Shown here: positions 59,338-64,000 of the stretch, one piece after another
How positions within the stretch are numbered: position 1 is the first letter of the stretch
Layout of the letters: every line of letters begins with the position of its first letter
Origin: an uncultured virus (IMG/VR IMGVR_UViG_3300027906_004086)
Lineage: Duplodnaviria > Heunggongvirae > Uroviricota > Caudoviricetes
DNA length: 64,000 bases
IMG/VR virus record: IMGVR_UViG_3300027906_004086
Strand: one strand, 5' to 3'
Position numbers and translations under genes: made by a program
The notes under the pieces: model-generated
What the model saw: the letters and a program-made list of their open reading frames with translations, nothing else
Databases searched by the model: none
Told to the model about the DNA's origin: nothing

Positions 59338-59774
59338 TGAAGGTTTTATTTTTACATGGCCTGGAGTCTAAGCCCGGTGGGTCAAAGGCTCAATATTTAG
59401 AAGGTTTAGGACATACAGTTTTTAACCCGTTACTTCCAAGAGATAGCTTTGAAGAATCTGTTGATATAGCACAAGAATATATTGACAATGAATCTCCAGA
59501 AGTGATTGTCGGCTCTAGCCGAGGTGGCGCTGTCGCTATGTCTGTTGATCCTCGAGGCGCCAGGCTAGTCTTAATTGCTCCAGCATGGAAACGCTTTGAC
59601 GTTAGCCCTAGAGTTCCTAGCAATACGACCATCCTACACTGTACCTCTGATGATCTTGTTTATTATGAAGACAGTGAGGATCTTGGTGTTGAAAATCTAA
59701 TCCCTTGTGGCGAAAATCACCGAATGAGTGATGTCGACGCATTGGAAGCTTTGGGGAAGGCGGTTCAAAACTAA
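59337..59774 (+). CDS. YqiA/YcfP-like alpha/beta hydrolase
   Basis: FLHGLES, GSSRGG nucleophile elbow, LIAPA, DDLV, NHRM. Confidence 0.85.
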   Translation: MKVLFLHGLESKPGGSKAQYLEGLGHTVFNPLLPRDSFEESVDIAQEYIDNESPEVIVGSSRGGAVAMSVDPRGARLVLIAPAWKRFDVSPRVPSNTTILHCTSDDLVYYEDSEDLGVENLIPCGENHRMSDVDALEALGKAVQN

Positions 59775-59780
59775 CTAAAC

Positions 59781-59809
59781 TTGTACATTAGGGTGCATAA
59801 GAGTACATT
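59781..59809 (+). promoter_or_regulatory. Promoter TTGTAC-N17-TACATT upstream of the sigma gene block
   Basis: Intergenic; -10 weaker. Confidence 0.5.
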
Positions 59810-59858
59810 ATATATGTTGCTATTTGCAACACAAGCAATTGTCCGAAACGAAACTTAA

Positions 59859-60209
59859 ATGGAGAATAAAGTGCAAAAGGACGCAAACAGCCAGGAATAC
59901 AGGACTACATTCTATAACCAAGATATGCTTCAAGAGATGAATGATGATCGATTGGATGCGCTAAGAGGGATGCTTAAGGGAAAAATCATTTCCCTACAAA
60001 AGGAGAGTGCCCGAAAGAATGAAAAGCAGATTACCCACCTTCAAACTGAGTATGCATATGTATACCGAGAAATTGAGATCAGGCAAAACAGGAAGCGTAT
60101 TCATGAAGAATACGTTCGCAAGATTAGAGGTAATCGCCCACAACGTCCTCAACGTCCAGGCCGGCCACGCCGGCCCGGGCACCATTCAAGCCGGAGAACG
60201 CAGCAATAG
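59859..60209 (+). CDS. Basic helical hypothetical protein
   Basis: Arg/Pro-rich tail. Confidence 0.55.
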   Translation: MENKVQKDANSQEYRTTFYNQDMLQEMNDDRLDALRGMLKGKIISLQKESARKNEKQITHLQTEYAYVYREIEIRQNRKRIHEEYVRKIRGNRPQRPQRPGRPRRPGHHSSRRTQQ

Positions 60210-60257
60210 ACAACTTTAGTACAATAAACAATTAAGCAATTAAACATAGGAGCAAGT

Positions 60258-61052
60258 ATGAGTGAATTAGATACTCTTAAAGTATTTTTTAAAGATGTAG
60301 GTAAGACCAATCTTCTAACAAGGGATGAGGAAGTTTCTTTAGCAAAGAGAATTGAGGCCGGCGATAATCGTGCCCGAGATCGAATGATTTCTGCAAATAT
60401 CCGGCTAGCCATCAGCATCGCAAAGAAGTATCAAAACAAGGGCTGTCCCCTTGAGGATTTAATCCAGGAAGCCAATATTGGCCTAATGAAGGCAGTTGAT
60501 CGGTTCGATTGGCGCCGCGGGTTTAAGTTTTCGACATATGGATGCTGGTGGATTAAGCAAGCAGTAATGCGCCACCTCGCAACACACTCTTCTCAGATTC
60601 GCCTACCTTCTCATGCAAAAGGTATGTTGTGGCGTATGAAGAAGATATCTACAGAGTATGAGGAGACTTTCGGGGTAGCCCCGAATAATGCTGAGCTAGC
60701 GGAGCTGCTGGGGGTTACGACTGAGACGATGCGTTCCATCGTGTTAGCAGCCTCAACCCCGGTCTCAATTGACGATAAGATTAAGTATAGTAGGGGCTCT
60801 GGTGGACCTTCGGAAGGTAGATCCCTAGCCGATGTTATCCCAGATAATAATGCACGCCACCCCGGTGATCGTCTAGACAAAGAGAAGATTGTGGCAGCTA
60901 TTCAACAATCTCTCCATACGCTATCAGAGCGTGAGGAAAAGATTATTCGGCTTCGTTTTGGGATTTCTGAGGATCCGCTGGATCATGGAAGTTTTCCCAT
61001 TACTGAGAAAGAAGTAAAGAACATTAAGAAAAATGCAATCACCATTAAATAA
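60258..61052 (+). CDS. Sigma70-family (RpoD-like) sigma factor lacking region 4.2
   Basis: LLTRDEEVSLAKRI, ANIRLAISIAKKY, DLIQEANIGLMKAVDRFDWRRGFKFSTY..WWIKQA, LSEREEKIIRLRFGI, then stop with no HTH. Confidence 0.92.
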   Translation: MSELDTLKVFFKDVGKTNLLTRDEEVSLAKRIEAGDNRARDRMISANIRLAISIAKKYQNKGCPLEDLIQEANIGLMKAVDRFDWRRGFKFSTYGCWWIKQAVMRHLATHSSQIRLPSHAKGMLWRMKKISTEYEETFGVAPNNAELAELLGVTTETMRSIVLAASTPVSIDDKIKYSRGSGGPSEGRSLADVIPDNNARHPGDRLDKEKIVAAIQQSLHTLSEREEKIIRLRFGISEDPLDHGSFPITEKEVKNIKKNAITIK

Positions 61053-61067
61053 TTAAGGAGTTAATTT

Positions 61068-61406
61068 ATGAGTATGCCAAAAGGATATAAGAGCGATCAG
61101 GGATATGCAACAGTTAGTGGCGAGGGCGGCGGTATGGATTACCGAGCTATCGCAGAATTGATGTCTGAAGAGGGTCATAAGATGAATCATGCTACCGCAA
61201 GGAATATTTTCCTTCGGGCTATGAAGAAGCTAGCCCAACCTGTATGCGAGCTGTATGGGGTTGATACCGAACCAGCAAAACTAGACCAGCTATCTCGTGA
61301 TCCGAGATTCCAGTCTAGCATGATTGAAGTAGTTACAGACATTTATGCTAGTGAGAAAGAAGAGAGAAATCGCTCTACCAGCCCGTCAATTAGCATTGAC
61401 ATCTAG
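61068..61406 (+). CDS. Stand-alone sigma region-4.2-like HTH protein
   Basis: MDYRAIAELM...MNHATARNIFLRAMKKL; own AAGGAG RBS. Confidence 0.65.
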   Translation: MSMPKGYKSDQGYATVSGEGGGMDYRAIAELMSEEGHKMNHATARNIFLRAMKKLAQPVCELYGVDTEPAKLDQLSRDPRFQSSMIEVVTDIYASEKEERNRSTSPSISIDI

Positions 61407-61418
61407 GAGTAAACACTA

Positions 61419-61838
61419 ATGATTATTACATGGACAAACTATTTGGCTCGCCGCAAGATCGGGTTGGATGATATTGTTAAAGCATATGGGTATGACTATG
61501 CACAACTATCCTCATATTTTCTTAATCTAGGGGTTACAGTACCTGACCGCGACGAGCCCATGGTGATCGAATTATTTGGCCCGCCACCCTCAGGCGCTGG
61601 TACAACACCGCAGTCACCAACCAACCCACCTCCCAAAGCTGTACAGCCTCCGAAGCCAAGGAAGAAGGTTGACGCTAGCATGAAGGACACTAAGAAGACC
61701 CTTTTAAAGTTAGCGTCTTCTCTTAACCTTGATGCTAATGATAAAATGACTAAGTCAAGTATCCTGGATGTGCTTTCATCATCTGAGAAGGTTAACATCA
61801 TCAAGATCAAGACGGCTAGGAAAAATAGTAAGGGGTAG
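61419..61838 (+). CDS. Hypothetical protein with C-terminal Rho-N/HeH-like motif
   Basis: TKKTLLKLASSLNL...KMTKSSIL after a Pro-rich linker. Confidence 0.55.
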   Translation: MIITWTNYLARRKIGLDDIVKAYGYDYAQLSSYFLNLGVTVPDRDEPMVIELFGPPPSGAGTTPQSPTNPPPKAVQPPKPRKKVDASMKDTKKTLLKLASSLNLDANDKMTKSSILDVLSSSEKVNIIKIKTARKNSKG

Positions 61839-61839
61839 T

Positions 61840-62100
61840 ATGCGCATGTCGGCGTCCAAGATTCCCCAGACAGAAGAGCGATTAGTAACACTCCACCCCG
61901 GCCGGTACTGGAAGGTAAGCTCTAAAGGTTTAGGCTCAAGTTCAAGGGTTACTATTTGTGAACCGACTAATGCACTATTACTAGAGTTCCAAGGGTACCA
62001 TGATAAAATGCATAACAATAGGGTGGAAGCCTGGCATGCGTTAGTTCATGGGCATGTATTGTTAGTCTGGGAGTCTAGCTTTAAGAAGAGGGGCGCATAA
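61840..62100 (+). CDS. Hypothetical protein
   Basis: AAGGGG RBS. Confidence 0.45.
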   Translation: MRMSASKIPQTEERLVTLHPGRYWKVSSKGLGSSSRVTICEPTNALLLEFQGYHDKMHNNRVEAWHALVHGHVLLVWESSFKKRGA

Positions 62101-62101
62101 C

Positions 62102-62278
62102 ATGTTTTCGAAGTTGATCCCGCCATGGGCATGGGTTTCGTTAGTCATTGCAAATTGTTTAATGGGGTTTGCCAATATTATTTCCGGCAATCATGAGTTA
62201 ATGACAATCAACTTCCTATCAGCCGGCTGCTGCCTTCTTGGGTATATATCAATCACAAAAATTAATAAGGGAGATTAA
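62102..62278 (+). CDS. Small two-TM membrane protein (58 aa, not in the ORF track)
   Basis: MFSKLIPPWAWVSLV...; GAGGGG RBS. Confidence 0.45.
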   Translation: MFSKLIPPWAWVSLVIANCLMGFANIISGNHELMTINFLSAGCCLLGYISITKINKGD

Positions 62279-62279
62279 A

Positions 62280-62972
62280 ATGGCATTTCGTAATGTGCTT
62301 TCATGGCCCAACCCAGCATTAAAGAAAAAGTCTGAGGGTGTGGAGCTATTCGATACAAACTTAGCTGAACTAGCAAAAGATATGTTCGACACACTAAACG
62401 TAGTTACCGGTGTCGGTATTGCAGCACCTCAAATTGGTGTGCATAAGAGGTGTGTTATTATTGACACTTCGCAGTGTGATTTGGAAAACCCCGTTAAGAG
62501 TGAGGGCTTACCTGAGAATATCTTAGCCCTCGTCAATCCGACTATCGAGCTATCTGGCCCTAAACATAAGTGGGTTGAAGCATGTCTCTCTGTACCAGAT
62601 TCACGTGGTCATGTTGAAAGAAGTCAGTATGCTGAAGTATCATTCCAATCGCTTGACGGTAGTAAGCACACTATCAATTTAGACTGGCCGGCATCAGGTG
62701 TGTTTCAACATGAGATTGATCATTTGGATGGTATTCTATATGTTGATCGGATGAATCGGCTGTCGAGGGATATGCTGCTTAAGAAAATAACTAAAAAGCG
62801 AAAACGGATGGAGAAATTTAGTAAGCTTATGAAGGAGCAAGAGGCTAGGGAACTAGCAGGCATCGATGGTGCTACTTCTCCAGAAAAGAAAGCAAGGACC
62901 TCAAACACCAAGAAGCGCAAGAAGCGCGCTCCTAAAAAGAATCATCTAAATAAAAAGAGGCGGAAAAAGTGA
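62280..62972 (+). CDS. def: Peptide deformylase with basic C-terminal extension
   Basis: GVGIAAPQIG, EACLS, QHEIDHLDG. Confidence 0.93.
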   Translation: MAFRNVLSWPNPALKKKSEGVELFDTNLAELAKDMFDTLNVVTGVGIAAPQIGVHKRCVIIDTSQCDLENPVKSEGLPENILALVNPTIELSGPKHKWVEACLSVPDSRGHVERSQYAEVSFQSLDGSKHTINLDWPASGVFQHEIDHLDGILYVDRMNRLSRDMLLKKITKKRKRMEKFSKLMKEQEARELAGIDGATSPEKKARTSNTKKRKKRAPKKNHLNKKRRKK

Positions 62973-63253
62973 AAAACTACGAAGAGATTGGGACACAAAT
63001 TGGAAAATTAGTCCAGGAGAAAAATGAAGCTTACGGTGATTCGTTTGGGCAGGCTTGCAGGATTCTTGAAGTCCTTTACCCGTCCGGGATTAAGCCAGAT
63101 CAATACCGCGATGCTTTAGCAATCACTCGAGTTATTGACAAACTGTTTCGATTGGCAAATAAGAAAGATGCATTTGGCGAAAGTCCATGGAGAGATATCT
63201 GCGGGTATGCGATTCTTGGTGTGGCCAATGATGAAAATAATAATTGTGCGTAG
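62969..63253 (+). CDS. DUF1599-like nucleotide-modification-associated protein
   Basis: EKNEAYGDSF...RVIDKLFR...DICGYAIL. Confidence 0.7.
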   Translation: MKNYEEIGTQIGKLVQEKNEAYGDSFGQACRILEVLYPSGIKPDQYRDALAITRVIDKLFRLANKKDAFGESPWRDICGYAILGVANDENNNCA

Positions 63254-63330
63254 AAAAGAATTTACACATAGCAACCTAATAAGTACAAACGCAACTAACG
63301 ATTGCATATTTTGTACAAAGGAGCTATATT

Positions 63331-63537
63331 ATGTATGATGATTCTATGGAAATGATTGAAATAACAATTGATGAATATGAAAATCTGAAAGACAAACTTT
63401 CAGAGTATGCAGAACTATTAGAACAACTAACTTCTGTATACGAGGCACTTACCACTGATCTTTTAGAGATTGGTGAAATTGAATTAGACGAAGTCTTAGA
63501 GCAATGCCAAAAGACATACTCAGAACAATTTGAATAA
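63331..63537 (+). CDS. Small acidic protein
   Basis: AAGGAG RBS. Confidence 0.55.
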   Translation: MYDDSMEMIEITIDEYENLKDKLSEYAELLEQLTSVYEALTTDLLEIGEIELDEVLEQCQKTYSEQFE

Positions 63538-63545
63538 AGGGATAC

Positions 63546-63770
63546 ATGATCTGGACTGCAATATCATTTAACTGGTCAACATCTTTAACTAGTGCGAATA
63601 TATTTTTATCTAACCATGATAGGCATACAGCACTAAAGAAGTTTGCCGACACCTTTCCAGGTGAAGTGATACTTGCACTTATAGCCGGTGATCATGTTAC
63701 TAAAACTTCGACATTTCCCCTGACGGCACCTGGATTTAATAATAGACAACCACTGGAGAGTGATAAATGA
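63546..63770 (+). CDS. Hypothetical protein
   Basis: AAGGGA RBS. Confidence 0.45.
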   Translation: MIWTAISFNWSTSLTSANIFLSNHDRHTALKKFADTFPGEVILALIAGDHVTKTSTFPLTAPGFNNRQPLESDK

Positions 63771-64000
63771 TTGAGCCGATTCAAGAGTTTGATTTAGATG
63801 AGAAGTCAACACAGAAAAAGACATTTGGGGTTATTGTGGCAGATCCTCCATGGAGCTTTAGCGATAAGCTAAAGTATTCTGGTGAAGTAAAGCGCGCTGC
63901 AGACAGCTTTTACCCAACCCTGAACCTAGCAGAGATTAAAAAAATGCCTGTTGGTGAGCTAGCAGCAGAGAACTGTATTTTAGCGCTATGGGTGCCTTCT
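63767..64000 (+). CDS. MT-A70 family adenine methyltransferase (3' truncated)
   Basis: Translated by hand: VIVADPPW...YPTLNLAEIKKMPV..LAAENCILALWVP. Confidence 0.88.
   Translation, partial: MIEPIQEFDLDEKSTQKKTFGVIVADPPWSFSDKLKYSGEVKRAADSFYPTLNLAEIKKMPVGELAAENCILALWVPS

Noticed and set aside
61050..61067. Stop-codon read-through or sequencing error joining sigma and the HTH ORF
   Set aside because: Two in-frame TAA stops and a well-spaced AAGGAG RBS indicate a separate gene
1..64000. Alternative genetic code (TAG/TGA recoding)
   Set aside because: Conserved enzymes are full length and coding density is high under the standard code; TAG and TGA end genes at sensible points
1..64000. CRISPR array, tRNA or rRNA genes
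   Set aside because: No regularly spaced repeats or cloverleaf seen by eye. GGTTCGAAT near 16882 lies inside a CDS without tRNA stems. tRNAscan would be needed for certainty

Overview
A 64-kb segment of a large (jumbo-type) tailed dsDNA bacteriophage genome. It is densely coded, almost entirely on the + strand, and reads normally with the standard genetic code. It carries a class II RNR C-terminus, ClpP, two peptidoglycan hydrolases, ThyX, three paralogous fibre-like virion proteins, Fpg/Nei, DnaE, a nucleotide-modification operon, a long block of acidic putative head proteins, GroEL, a sigma70-type factor, peptide deformylase and an MT-A70 methyltransferase. Cys-rich and vWA lipoproteins suggest a Myxococcota-like host (inference). 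Most notable: (1) an apparently split sigma factor, in which the sigma70 ORF stops after region 4.1 and the next gene encodes a stand-alone region-4.2-like HTH, together with a recurring non-canonical promoter KTGWAM-N17-TATAAT; (2) several of these promoters lie inside RNA hairpins that would mask the downstream RBS on read-through transcripts; (3) a dCMP-specific ThyA-like enzyme, a glycosyltransferase and an epimerase in one operon, implying glycosylated cytosine in the DNA; (4) a shared short amphipathic tag on many unrelated proteins, including enzymes. All family assignments come from motif recognition by eye, not from database searches.
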